Positions 19,293 to 28,580 of a stretch of DNA of 64,000 bases are shown here, in pieces. Origin of the DNA: an uncultured Defluviitaleaceae bacterium. Lineage in GTDB: Bacteria > Bacillota > Clostridia > Lachnospirales > WRBF01. Under the pieces are notes generated by a model, which saw nothing but the letters and a program-made list of their open reading frames with translations, made no database searches and had not been told where the DNA came from. The position numbers were made by a program, and so were the translations under genes. The stretch is from positions 33,303 through 97,302 of the forward strand of contig CAYXWM010000003.1 of assembly GCA_964468805.1 (NCBI GenBank), in the 5' to 3' direction. Positions within the stretch are counted from its first letter, which is position 1. The number at the start of each line of letters is the position of its first letter.

Positions 19293-19577
19293 TTATAACT
19301 GTTTATAAAGATTTACTTCAGATGGTGCTTCGACCAGAGGTCCCAAAAGAGGAACTATTTCCTTGTAGTGCTTGGAGTTATTGTGCAACTCTATTGCTTT
19401 TTCATCGTCCCAAAGCTCGATAAAAGTAAGTATTCGAGGATTTTTAATATCTTGGTGAAGATTATATACTTGACATCCTTCTTCTTTTTGGCTGCCTTCT
19501 ATTAAGGGGGCCGCAACTTTTATAAATTCTTCCACACAGCCTTCTTTTACGATATTCTTTGCAATTATGGTTATCAT
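19293..19577 (-). CDS. antibiotic biosynthesis monooxygenase (ABM)/YgiN-like protein
   Basis: 94 aa ferredoxin-like ABM fold pattern (..E.GC..Y.L..D...P....F.E.W.D..A...H). RBS AAAGGAG. Confidence 0.7.
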   Translation of the reverse strand: MITIIAKNIVKEGCVEEFIKVAAPLIEGSQKEEGCQVYNLHQDIKNPRILTFIELWDDEKAIELHNNSKHYKEIVPLLGPLVEAPSEVNLYKQL

Positions 19578-19726
19578 AATACATCTCCTTTGTATAAAGA
19601 ATATTAAACTTTGCTGTTACTTTGATAATATTAATAAAAACTCGGTGCATCTAAAAGTATAACACAATTTCCGGCAAAACTACAATCAAAATATCTAATC
19701 GTAAATTTTGCAGGACAACAGGAAAT

Positions 19727-19752
19727 AAGGCTATACAAAGTAGTATAGCCTT
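19727..19752 (-). terminator. terminator-like hairpin of unknown transcript
   Basis: AAGGCTATAC / GTATAGCCTT perfect 10-bp stem, followed on the minus strand by a moderately T-rich tract. It lies upstream of the ABM gene promoter region. Confidence 0.35.
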
Positions 19753-19968
19753 ATTGAGCGCTCCGGCGGCCGGCAAAGCAATATATGAACGGAGTATATC
19801 TCCGGGGTTTTAGCTTTATTATCAAAAGAACTTGCATCCAAACAAGCCAGGGTTTGACGACCGTCTTGATATAGTATATTCTTGGGGTCAAGCAGGGGTG
19901 ACACTTTGTACAAATTTTTTAGTACGTGAGATTTAATCCTTAACCCACTCAAAAGCTTAGTTTTACTA

Positions 19969-19997
19969 TTGATAATAAAAATAAGTAATGTTATAAT
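19969..19997 (+). promoter_or_regulatory. strong sigma-A promoter upstream of the amino-acid ABC transporter operon
   Basis: TTGATA, 17-nt spacer containing extended -10 TG, TATAAT. About 190 nt upstream of the first start codon. Confidence 0.6.
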
Positions 19998-20106
19998 ACC
20001 TTGAACAAAAAAAATCGTTATGTTTCCCATAGTTTTGAAGTGACTGTCAGACAAGAGTAAGGGAGAACATAAACAGACTTCTTCGAAACTGCTTTACGGT
20101 ATAATA

Positions 20107-20133
20107 CGCCGCTGTTTTTTTGCGGTGTTTTTT
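20107..20133 (+). promoter_or_regulatory. terminator-like hairpin inside the ABC-operon leader (possible attenuator)
   Basis: CGCCGC / GCGGTG stem (one G-U pair), 9-nt loop, then T6. Located between the promoter at 19969 and the start at 20190. Confidence 0.3.
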
Positions 20134-20189
20134 GGTCGGTATAATTAATTTCGAAAGATGTCTGATATAATTTTATCCCAAGGAGGACA

Positions 20190-20924
20190 ATGATGCGTAA
20201 GACCTTAATTTTATCAGTTTTGGCATTAAGCTTGCTTTTATCGGCTTGCTCTGCTGAGAAGAAAAAACTCGTAATGGGAACCGAACCCGGGTTTGCCCCT
20301 TACGAATACCTTGACGGAAACGTGGTAGCCGGGGTAGACGTGGATATCGCAAACGAAATAGCAAAAGATCTGGGCATGGAACTGGACATTAAAACTATGG
20401 ACTTTGACGGAGCCTTACTTGCAGTTCAACAAGGAAGCGTAGACTTTGTTGCCGCAGGCGTTTCTGTTTCCGAAGATCGTAAGGAAAACATGGATTTCAG
20501 CATTGAATACGCTATCTCCAAACAAATCATCGTTGTAAACGAGACAAATACCAACATTAACGGTCCCGAGGATCTTAACGGCAAAAAAGTCGCTGTTCAA
20601 CAAGGAACCGTAGCAGACTTAGAATTATCCGATGTAGAAGCGTATCAATGTGATGTAAAACGCTATACCCGTTATGTACAAGCAGTTGAGGATTTAAAGA
20701 ACAATAAAATCGACTGTATTGTAATGGATATTTTACCCGCCACAGAAATCGTAAAAGCTAACCCTTCTTTACTTATTCGTGAAAATGAAGTGTTAATTGA
20801 TAAGTATGCAATTGCAGTTAAAAAAGGCAACCAAGAAATGGTTGACAAAATCAATAAAACTTTGAAACGTCTTATCGACGAAGGCAAAATCGACGAATTT
20901 ACAGTAAAACATACGTCCGGGTGA
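20190..20924 (+). CDS. amino-acid ABC transporter substrate-binding lipoprotein (family 3 SBP)
   Basis: Signal peptide with lipobox LLLSAC, PBPb-type fold motifs, RBS AGGAGG. Confidence 0.85.
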   Translation: MMRKTLILSVLALSLLLSACSAEKKKLVMGTEPGFAPYEYLDGNVVAGVDVDIANEIAKDLGMELDIKTMDFDGALLAVQQGSVDFVAAGVSVSEDRKENMDFSIEYAISKQIIVVNETNTNINGPEDLNGKKVAVQQGTVADLELSDVEAYQCDVKRYTRYVQAVEDLKNNKIDCIVMDILPATEIVKANPSLLIRENEVLIDKYAIAVKKGNQEMVDKINKTLKRLIDEGKIDEFTVKHTSG

Positions 20925-20928
20925 CAAT

Positions 20929-21642
20929 ATGATTGACGGTTTCTTTAATTTTTTTGCTCAACTTTGGAGTAAATTTGATGCTGCTTTTTTTGTCAAAGAC
21001 AGATATTGGGTTTACTTGGACGGTCTTCGTTATACCTTGGAAATATCTTTCTATGCCATAATTATCGGCGTGCTTATCGGTATTTTGGTAGCTGTTGGTA
21101 ATTATATGGCTGATAATTCCAAGAAATTTCGTTGGCTAAGATACATTTTCGGGTGCTACGTACAGGTTGTGCGTGGCACTCCCGTAGTTTTACAGCTACT
21201 TATTATTTATAACTTTATTTTTGCCGGTCTTGCCGAGCCGGTTTGGGCGGCTGTGCTTGCCTTCGGTCTTAATTCCGGTGCCTATGTGTCGGAAATTATC
21301 CGCGGCGGAATTAACTCCATTGACAAAGGTCAAATGGAAGCAGGACGCTCTTTGGGTTTCGGACCTTGGCAGACAATGAAACTTATTATTCTACCCCAAG
21401 CCATTAAAAACATTATTCCGGCCTTGGGAAACGAATTTGTTGTTCTTATTAAGGAAACATCCATAGCAGGTATAATCGCCGTAACGGATATTACAAAGGC
21501 AGCTCAATACATCGGTAACAGTACATATGATATTTTGACGCCTTTATGCATAACCGCTGTGGCATATTTGATTTTGGTACTGGCCTTATCCCGGTTGATA
21601 GCCTACGTAGAAAGGAGATTGTCTCAAGGTGATAGAAGTTAA
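20929..21642 (+). CDS. amino-acid ABC transporter permease (His/Glu/Gln/Arg/opine family)
   Basis: 237 aa with the EAA-loop region [22 protein letters not shown]. Confidence 0.85.
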   Translation: MIDGFFNFFAQLWSKFDAAFFVKDRYWVYLDGLRYTLEISFYAIIIGVLIGILVAVGNYMADNSKKFRWLRYIFGCYVQVVRGTPVVLQLLIIYNFIFAGLAEPVWAAVLAFGLNSGAYVSEIIRGGINSIDKGQMEAGRSLGFGPWQTMKLIILPQAIKNIIPALGNEFVVLIKETSIAGIIAVTDITKAAQYIGNSTYDILTPLCITAVAYLILVLALSRLIAYVERRLSQGDRS

Positions 21643-22351
21643 GAATTTAGTAAAATCGTTTGGAGACAATACGGTCCTCTGCGGTATTAACGAACGTATC
21701 AAACCGGGCGAAAAGGTAGTAATAATCGGTCCTTCCGGTTCCGGAAAATCTACTTTTTTGCGTTGCCTCAACCTTTTGGAAGAGCCGACAAGCGGTCAAA
21801 TCATTTTTGAAGGCGTGGATATTACCGATCCCAAAAGTGATATTAATAAAATGCGTCAAAAATTGGGGATGGTGTTTCAGCAATTTAACCTATTTCCACA
21901 TCTGACAGTTTTGCGAAACATCACCATAGCTCCAACCGTACTCAATATTATGACTGCAAAAGAAGCTAACCAAAAAGCCTATGAACTTCTGGAACGTATA
22001 GGTCTGGCAGACAAAGCCGAGTCCTACCCCAACCAACTTTCCGGCGGTCAAAAACAACGTATAGCCATAGTACGTGCTTTGGCTATGAACCCTGATGTTA
22101 TGCTTTTTGACGAACCAACTTCCGCCCTAGACCCGGAAATGGTAGGCGAAGTTTTGGAACTCATGCGTAATTTGGCCGAGGACGGCATGACCATGGTGGT
22201 AGTAACCCACGAAATGGGCTTTGCCCGTGAAGTAGGAACTCGTGTTCTTTTTATGGACAAGGGTCAAATTCTCGAACAAAATGAACCCAAAACCTTTTTC
22301 TCAGAGCCAAAAAACAAGAGATTACAGGAATTTTTGGCAAAGGTTCTTTGA
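21629..22351 (+). CDS. amino-acid ABC transporter ATP-binding protein (GlnQ-like)
   Basis: GTG start overlapping the permease gene end. Walker [18 protein letters not shown], Walker [12 protein letters not shown]. Confidence 0.9.
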   Translation: MIEVKNLVKSFGDNTVLCGINERIKPGEKVVIIGPSGSGKSTFLRCLNLLEEPTSGQIIFEGVDITDPKSDINKMRQKLGMVFQQFNLFPHLTVLRNITIAPTVLNIMTAKEANQKAYELLERIGLADKAESYPNQLSGGQKQRIAIVRALAMNPDVMLFDEPTSALDPEMVGEVLELMRNLAEDGMTMVVVTHEMGFAREVGTRVLFMDKGQILEQNEPKTFFSEPKNKRLQEFLAKVL

Positions 22352-22374
22352 GAGTAATAACATATTTAAACATA

Positions 22375-22415
22375 CAAAAACCTCCTTTTGTCTCAGACAA
22401 TTAAGGAGGTTTTTG
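22375..22415 (+). terminator. intrinsic terminator after the ABC operon
   Basis: AAAAACCTCCTT / AAGGAGGTTTTT stem-loop. Confidence 0.8.
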
Positions 22416-22472
22416 TATGTACAGGGAATCAACTTCAACAAGAATATATTATTTTATATTCGGCTTTTTTGG

Positions 22473-22536
22473 ATAGAGTGAGTTTGAGGGAGAAAGCTTT
22501 TTCGTCTTATAAAAAAAGTTTTCTCCCTCAAGGTTT
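22473..22536 (-). terminator. family-3 hairpin repeat acting as the copA terminator
   Basis: TTGAGGGAGAAA / TTTCTCCCTCAA stem with an inner CTTTTT/AAAAAG stem. Near-identical element at 44655-44714 and a related one at 62461-62520. Confidence 0.65.
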
Positions 22537-22549
22537 TAATTATTTGAAA

Positions 22550-25012
22550 TTATTTGTACGCCTTAAATCGTTTTAATCTCAAGGCATTGGACAGAACAGA
22601 TACAGACGATAATGACATAGCTGCGGCGGCGAAAACGGGATTAAGCAAAGGACCGCCAAACAGGTAAAGTATACCTGCTGCTACCGGAATACCTGCAACA
22701 TTGTAGGCAAAAGCCCAGAACAGGTTCTGCTTGATGTTTTTAATAGTGCTTTTTGAAAGGCGGATTGCTGTGGGTACGTCCATTAGGTCACTGTGCATAA
22801 GTACTATATCTGCACTTTCCATTGCTACGTCGGTGCCGCTACCTATGGCTATACCTATATCCGCCTGTGCCAAAGCAGGGGCATCATTTATACCGTCGCC
22901 AACCATGGCAACTTTTTTACCCTCTGATTGCAGCTTTTTGACTTCATTGGATTTATCCCCGGGCAAAACCTCGGAAAGCACCCTTGTAATACCTACTTGT
23001 TTGGCGATAGCTTCAGCAGTACGCTTGTTATCGCCTGTAATCATGGCAACTTCAATGCCCATTTCTGTAAGTTTTTTTATAGCCTTTGCACTGCTTGCCT
23101 TAACAACGTCTGCAACGGCTATAATACCGCAAAGTTGCTTATCTATAGCAATGTACATAGGCGTTTTGCCTTCACCTGCCAGGCGGTGTGATTCGTTTTC
23201 CATGCTTTCTGTTGCAATGTTCAGTTCGTTCATTAATTTAAAGTTACCCGCCAGAATTTCCGAGCCGTTTACGGTGACCTTGATTCCTCTGCCGGTAATT
23301 GCCTCGAAATCCGTTACGGGAAGAAGGCTTAGATTCTCTGTTTCAGCACCCTTGACTATAGCTTCGCCCAGAGGATGTTCGCTTCCTTTTTCAGCAGAAG
23401 CGGCAAGTTGAAGAAGTTTATTCTTGTCAAATCCGTTTACGGTAATTACATCGGTTACTTGGGGTTTCCCCTCTGTAATTGTTCCTGTCTTATCGAATAC
23501 TATAGTTTTAATTTTATGAGTAGTTTCAAGGGCTTCGCCGCCCTTAATAAGTATACCGTTTTCAGCACCCTTACCGGTTCCAACCATTATTGCAGTTGGT
23601 GTGGCCAGACCCAAGGCACAAGGACAAGCAATTACCAAAATTGCTATAAATACAGTAAGAGAAAAAACCAAGGATTGACCGCTAATCATCCAACCGGCAA
23701 ATGCAATAACCGCTATCACAAACACTATAGGGACAAAGTAGCCGGAAACAATATCAGCCATTTGAGCAATAGGTGCCTTTGAGCTTTGAGCATCCTCAAC
23801 AAGCTTAATAATTTGTGCAAGTGCCGTATCGCTTCCTACCTTGGTTGCTTTGAACTTAATTAAGCCGTTTTTATTGATGCTTGCCGCATAAACCTTATCT
23901 CCCGGCTTTTTATCGACCGGCATACTTTCGCCGGTTAACATAGCCTCGTCAATTGCTGTTGTTCCTTCTACCACTACTCCGTCAACAGGAATTTTTGAGC
24001 CGGGCTTAACAAGAATTATATCGTCTACCATAACATCTTCAATCAGTGTTTCGATTTCTGTGTTATTTTTAATTACAATGGCTGTTTTGGGTGCCAAACC
24101 CATGAGTTTTTTAATAGCCTCGCTAGTTTTACCCTTAGAAACCGCTTCAAGAGATTTTCCCAACAGGATAAGCGTAATAATTACCCCTGCTGTTTCAAAG
24201 TATAAACCCTCAACGGAATGCATATCTCCGTTCCATATTTTATAGGTGGAAAATAGGCTGTAAATAACCGCGGCTGATGTACCTATTGCTATTAAGCTGT
24301 CCATATTGGGAGATCGAAGCCAAAGCGCACGAAAGCCCACCGTATAAAATCGAAAACCTGCAATTAAAATGGGAATAGTCAAGAAAATTTGAACCAAAGC
24401 AAAGTTAAGAGGGTTAGCCATAGGCTCTATAATCATTGGTACAGGTGCATTAAACCAAGGTAACATGGGTCCCATTGCAATATATAAAAGGGGTAAGGTG
24501 AAAATTACAGCAACGGTAAATTTTCTCCAAAGGGTTTTAATTTCTTTTTCTTTGCGAATTTTATCTTCGTCTACAGTTGATTTGTGAGCAATTTCCGAAG
24601 ATTTGAACCCGGCTTTTTCAACAGCCTGCCTTACGGCGGACATACTTATCTTTTGTTGGTCTATTTCGCAGGTTAACCTCTCTGTTGCAAAATTAACGGT
24701 TACTGACTGAACCCCGTCAATTTTTCCTACTACCTTTTCTATTCTTTTTGCACAAGCGGCACAGGTCATGTCCATAATTTTCAGGGTGTTTGAGCTTTTA
24801 GTCCCGTGAATTTCAGCCTTAAATCCCGCTTTTTCTACGCTTTTTATAATGGCTTCAACTGATATAAGACTTTCATTTGCTTCCACAGCCATTTTTTCGG
24901 TGGTTAAATTAACCGAAACGGAATTTACCCCGTCGATTTTTTTGACCACCCTTTCAATTCTTGATGCACATGCGGCACAGGTCATACCGCTTATTTTAAA
25001 TGTCTCTTTCAT
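22550..25012 (-). CDS. copA: copper-translocating P1B-type ATPase
   Basis: 820 aa. Two N-terminal HMA domains (GMTCAACASRIE, DMTCAACAKRIE), TM CPC motif (ACPCALGLATP), DKTGT phosphorylation site, GDGINDAP hinge. Confidence 0.9.
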   Translation of the reverse strand: MKETFKISGMTCAACASRIERVVKKIDGVNSVSVNLTTEKMAVEANESLISVEAIIKSVEKAGFKAEIHGTKSSNTLKIMDMTCAACAKRIEKVVGKIDGVQSVTVNFATERLTCEIDQQKISMSAVRQAVEKAGFKSSEIAHKSTVDEDKIRKEKEIKTLWRKFTVAVIFTLPLLYIAMGPMLPWFNAPVPMIIEPMANPLNFALVQIFLTIPILIAGFRFYTVGFRALWLRSPNMDSLIAIGTSAAVIYSLFSTYKIWNGDMHSVEGLYFETAGVIITLILLGKSLEAVSKGKTSEAIKKLMGLAPKTAIVIKNNTEIETLIEDVMVDDIILVKPGSKIPVDGVVVEGTTAIDEAMLTGESMPVDKKPGDKVYAASINKNGLIKFKATKVGSDTALAQIIKLVEDAQSSKAPIAQMADIVSGYFVPIVFVIAVIAFAGWMISGQSLVFSLTVFIAILVIACPCALGLATPTAIMVGTGKGAENGILIKGGEALETTHKIKTIVFDKTGTITEGKPQVTDVITVNGFDKNKLLQLAASAEKGSEHPLGEAIVKGAETENLSLLPVTDFEAITGRGIKVTVNGSEILAGNFKLMNELNIATESMENESHRLAGEGKTPMYIAIDKQLCGIIAVADVVKASSAKAIKKLTEMGIEVAMITGDNKRTAEAIAKQVGITRVLSEVLPGDKSNEVKKLQSEGKKVAMVGDGINDAPALAQADIGIAIGSGTDVAMESADIVLMHSDLMDVPTAIRLSKSTIKNIKQNLFWAFAYNVAGIPVAAGILYLFGGPLLNPVFAAAAMSLSSVSVLSNALRLKRFKAYK

Positions 25013-25045
25013 AATGTATGTAGCCTCCGTTACTTACGATAAATA

Positions 25046-25621
25046 TTAAAATCCGCCTCCGCAACAACCGCCCAATCGGGGAAGTTCTGCTATTTGTTTC
25101 CGAATTTCAGCCTCATCATAGTTATTAATATCATCAACAACCGCAACAGTTGAATTTACCATACCCATCCAACAGCTGTATTGTATTACTCCCGTTTCGG
25201 TAGGCGTAAATTCTATAACGTTTTCACCTATATTTAAGGGTTGAGAAATTGCAAAATCCGGAATAATAATTTCGTTATTACAAGAATTTAGACTTTCAGC
25301 ATCAGCAACAATCGTCCATTTAACGGAAATATCCTTTTGAACGATTAATGCAGGGTATCTGTAAGATTCAAGCTCTGTAGCGATTTCTTGAACATCCTCG
25401 TTGACTTTTGCTGTTTTAAATGACTTTGTTGAAGAAGGATTCTCCACTTTTGACCAATCGAAAGTATTATTGCGTTCCCTTAAAGTGTCGGGGCGTGAAG
25501 TATTTGTTTTGGGACGGTTGTTTCCGCCAAAACCAAGTTCATTTGAACCCATTACTGTAACTGCGGCAAAAAAAGCTATAGCCAAAACAGATATACTGAT
25601 AATAATGCCTTTCTTTTTCAT
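25046..25621 (-). CDS. membrane-anchored cupredoxin-like domain protein with Cys-rich C-terminal tail (tentative fold assignment)
   Basis: 191 aa with an N-terminal signal/anchor. The C-terminal domain is paralogous to the C-terminus of the upstream protein (IIIP.F.ISQPL..GENVIEFTPTETGVIQYSCWMGM). It ends in GGCCGGGF. Confidence 0.6.
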   Translation of the reverse strand: MKKKGIIISISVLAIAFFAAVTVMGSNELGFGGNNRPKTNTSRPDTLRERNNTFDWSKVENPSSTKSFKTAKVNEDVQEIATELESYRYPALIVQKDISVKWTIVADAESLNSCNNEIIIPDFAISQPLNIGENVIEFTPTETGVIQYSCWMGMVNSTVAVVDDINNYDEAEIRKQIAELPRLGGCCGGGF

Positions 25622-25651
25622 TGCTTTACCTCTTTCCGTTTTTAAATATTT

Positions 25652-26974
25652 TTATTCCACGACGGTTATACTGCTTCTGATCATATTCATCCAACAGCTA
25701 TAGGGAATGATCCCTGTTTCTGTTGGAGTAAATTCAACTATGTTATCTCCGGCTTGGAGCGGCTGATGGATCCTGTATGCCGGAATTATAATTGCATTGT
25801 TACAGCCGTTTAAGTTTTTTTCTTCAGCGTGTAAATTAAATAATACCGGAATGTCTTTTTTCACCGTTATAGGGGCGTAGCCTCTCCGAGAAACTTCTAT
25901 ATTCACGACTTGGTATCCGTCTACTATTACCGGTTCAAAATCGCTTGTATCAGCGGTTTCTATACCGATAGCCGCAAAACCCGACATACTAAGCCCGGTA
26001 TTAAACATACCCAAGCCCAGTATTACTACAAGCACAGCACTGACAGACATTAACTTTCCGGCGAATTTTTTTGATAAAAATGAGCTGACTGCCCCAAATC
26101 CAAACATTAAGGGCGTTGTTCCAAGGCTAAATAAAAACATGGATATTGCACCTTGTACGGGGTTTCCCGTGGAAAGAGCGTACAATTGCATTGCTTGCAA
26201 AGGTCCGCAGGGCATAAGACCGTTCAACAGACCTACATACAGAGGGCCGGTAGTTTTTTCGCCTATTTTACTTGTCAAAAACTTGGGAAGTTTTAAATTA
26301 AATCTCCGGAGCCAAGGGAATATATTAAGCATATTTAAGCCCATTATTATCATAAAAACACCGGCAAATAAAGCAACCGCTCCACGCATAACACCGCTAA
26401 AACTGATAACTGAGCCTAAAGCACCTACAATACCGCCGACTACGGTATAAGAAATAACACGCCCCAGGTTATATAAAAAACTCGGACGTAATTTGTCCGT
26501 CTTGTTTTCGCCGCTTGCTCCCACGCATTGAGAAAGGTTAATACCGCCACACATTCCGATACAATGTACCGAGGTTAAAAGACCGATAACAAACAAAGCG
26601 GCATAACCCATACCGGCTTTAGCTTCGGGGAAATAATTAAAAAATTCAAATCCTCCAAAACGATTCATAAGCATAGAAACTCCCAAAATAATGATTGCCG
26701 TAACGGCAAGTCGAGAGTAATTTACAGGCTCTGTCTTGTTTATGCTTTCCTTATTTTCTTTTACCTCATAATTAAGCGATGAGATGGTTTGTTTAATTTT
26801 TGAAAGGCTGACTTTCCTTTTATCAAAACTGACAGTGACTTTACCGGTCCCGTAACTTGACTTAACATTTTTTACGCCGTCTACAGCTTTTAACTTTTTC
26901 TCTATCCTTGCTTCACAGCCGCTGCATGTCATGCCGCTTACCGCCAATTCCTCTGTAACAAAATATTCCGCCAT
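25652..26974 (-). CDS. HMA domain / TauE-SafE (DsbD_2-like) membrane domain / cupredoxin-like domain fusion protein
   Basis: N-terminal HMA (GMTCSGCEARIE). Polytopic core with SVHCIGMCGG and NGLMPCGPLQ motifs. C-terminal domain IIIPAYRIHQPL..FTPTETGIIPYSCWMNM. Start at the ATG 4 nt after GGAGGTG. Confidence 0.7.
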   Translation of the reverse strand: MAEYFVTEELAVSGMTCSGCEARIEKKLKAVDGVKNVKSSYGTGKVTVSFDKRKVSLSKIKQTISSLNYEVKENKESINKTEPVNYSRLAVTAIIILGVSMLMNRFGGFEFFNYFPEAKAGMGYAALFVIGLLTSVHCIGMCGGINLSQCVGASGENKTDKLRPSFLYNLGRVISYTVVGGIVGALGSVISFSGVMRGAVALFAGVFMIIMGLNMLNIFPWLRRFNLKLPKFLTSKIGEKTTGPLYVGLLNGLMPCGPLQAMQLYALSTGNPVQGAISMFLFSLGTTPLMFGFGAVSSFLSKKFAGKLMSVSAVLVVILGLGMFNTGLSMSGFAAIGIETADTSDFEPVIVDGYQVVNIEVSRRGYAPITVKKDIPVLFNLHAEEKNLNGCNNAIIIPAYRIHQPLQAGDNIVEFTPTETGIIPYSCWMNMIRSSITVVE

Positions 26975-27093
26975 TTTGCACCTCCGCAAACTCTTTAGCT
27001 TTCCTATTCTCGGTTTATTTATTATAAAATAAAATATAAATGTGTAGATTATATGGAGATGTTATTAAAACGCCGAGAATTTTACTCATCAGA

Positions 27094-27149
27094 AAAAATA
27101 CCCTACGCAAAACGATTAATAAACCGCTGTCAGCGTAGGGTATTTTTTT
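27094..27149. terminator. bidirectional-type terminator between the two-component genes and the metal operon
   Basis: AAAAAATACCCTACGC / GCGTAGGGTATTTTTTT long stem with A-run and T-run flanks. Confidence 0.75.
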
Positions 27150-27191
27150 ATTTACTGAAATTAAGTAATCCATTATATACGAAATAATTCT

Positions 27192-28580
27192 TTATATTTT
27201 CGGGATAGTTACAGTGAATTTACTGCCTCTGCCTTCTTGGCTTTCTACTGTAATTTTTCCGTTATGAGCGTTTATTATGGCTTTAACTACAGAAAGGCCT
27301 ATACCGGAGCCGCCGGTACTCCTTGCCCTTGAACTGTCGGTACGATATAAATGTTCAAAAATAAGGGGTAAATCTTTTTGGGCAATACCCACGCCGGTAT
27401 CGGTTACGGAAAATTCCAAGGTGCTTTTATCTTCTTTAACAACTATATTTATTTCTCCGCCCTTTTCCGAATATTTTACCGCATTGGAAATAAGATTCAA
27501 AATAACCCTGCTGATTTTATCCCTGTCGGCAGTAATACTACAAGGTTGGGCTTCAAGGTATAGTGTAAGGTTTTTTTCATTTAAATCTGCTTCAAAAGTT
27601 AAAATGGTTTGTTTTAACAAAGTGGAAAAGTCGAATTTTTCTTTATAAAGAGCCATGCTGTCATTTTCTATTTCAACGATTTTATCTATTTCCGATACCA
27701 TTCTTGATAAGCGAAGTATTTCCGCATGTAAACTTTCCATTCGCTCTGTTGTTGGCTCGAATATTCCGTCTATTATTCCTTCCAAATTAGATTGAATTGC
27801 CGCAAGAGGCGTTCTAAACTCATGGGCATAATCCCTTGCCATTCTCTTTTTTAATTCCTGCTGTAACTCAAGACTGCTTGCCAAGCTGTTTACGCTACCT
27901 ATTAATCCGTCTATTTCTTTGGTGTTGGATTTAAAGTTTATGCGGTCGGAATAGTTTCCCTTTTCAATTTCATTTGTTTTTATGGTAACTTTTTTAATGG
28001 GTTTCGAAATTTTGCTTGCCATAACATATCCAACGGTTAGGGCTATAAACAAAAAAATAAACGAAGCCTTAACGAAAAGATTGTTTAATAAATTCATAAA
28101 TTTAATATCGTTATCCCTGTAATAAAACGGCCCATAAAAACCTATGGAAACTGTTCCGTGGTCCCTACCGTTTTTAATAAGAGGGTAGCTTTTTTCCGAA
28201 TATTTGCCTTCAAAATTGGGATAACGCTGTCTCATTGTTTGTTCCATTGCGTTAATCATATTTTCACAACGCAAATTATCATAACAGCTCATGCAAAAAA
28301 TTTCATTTCCGTTGGGGTCCTTAACCATTAGAATAATTCCTTCATTTAGGGCGTTTTGCCCCAGAGACAGAAGAAATTCGTTGCTCGGTATTTTGTCAGC
28401 GTCAAATTGTGCCAAAACAGTTTGAACATAATCCAGGTTTTTTTGTTCCTGTCTGTCCCGGACATAACTTTGAAAATATTTCTCTAACAGAATATTGGCA
28501 ATAGTTGCCAGCGAGAACACCAAAAACATGGAAAGCAGAACATACGAAATTATCAGCCTTACTTTTAATCCCAATTTCAT
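27192..28580 (-). CDS. sensor histidine kinase (extracytoplasmic sensor, HAMP, HisKA, HATPase_c)
   Basis: 462 aa. Two TM segments bracket a ~140-aa loop containing FCMSCYDNLRCENM. H-box YAHEFRTPL and the G-boxes GGSGIGLS. Confidence 0.85.
   Translation of the reverse strand: MKLGLKVRLIISYVLLSMFLVFSLATIANILLEKYFQSYVRDRQEQKNLDYVQTVLAQFDADKIPSNEFLLSLGQNALNEGIILMVKDPNGNEIFCMSCYDNLRCENMINAMEQTMRQRYPNFEGKYSEKSYPLIKNGRDHGTVSIGFYGPFYYRDNDIKFMNLLNNLFVKASFIFLFIALTVGYVMASKISKPIKKVTIKTNEIEKGNYSDRINFKSNTKEIDGLIGSVNSLASSLELQQELKKRMARDYAHEFRTPLAAIQSNLEGIIDGIFEPTTERMESLHAEILRLSRMVSEIDKIVEIENDSMALYKEKFDFSTLLKQTILTFEADLNEKNLTLYLEAQPCSITADRDKISRVILNLISNAVKYSEKGGEINIVVKEDKSTLEFSVTDTGVGIAQKDLPLIFEHLYRTDSSRARSTGGSGIGLSVVKAIINAHNGKITVESQEGRGSKFTVTIPKI

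Noticed and set aside
19731-20054. 107-aa minus-strand ORF in the long ABM/ABC intergenic gap.
   Set aside because: It has a TTG start with no SD, and the internal ATG also lacks one. It overlaps a strong plus-strand promoter, and its 3' end runs through the GC-rich hairpins. It is kept only as an alternative explanation in the finding for that region.
22731-23411. Long antisense ORFs inside well-supported genes. Examples: 22731-23411 in copA, 54533-55072 in the P-loop gene, 38060-38596 and 36944-37303 in ileS, 1516-1905 and 2014-2430 in the THUMP methyltransferase gene, and 32160-33164 in the antiporter gene.
   Set aside because: Each lies fully within a gene whose product has strong family motifs on the other strand. 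The translations are low-complexity with no SD or recognisable motif. They are typical shadow ORFs.
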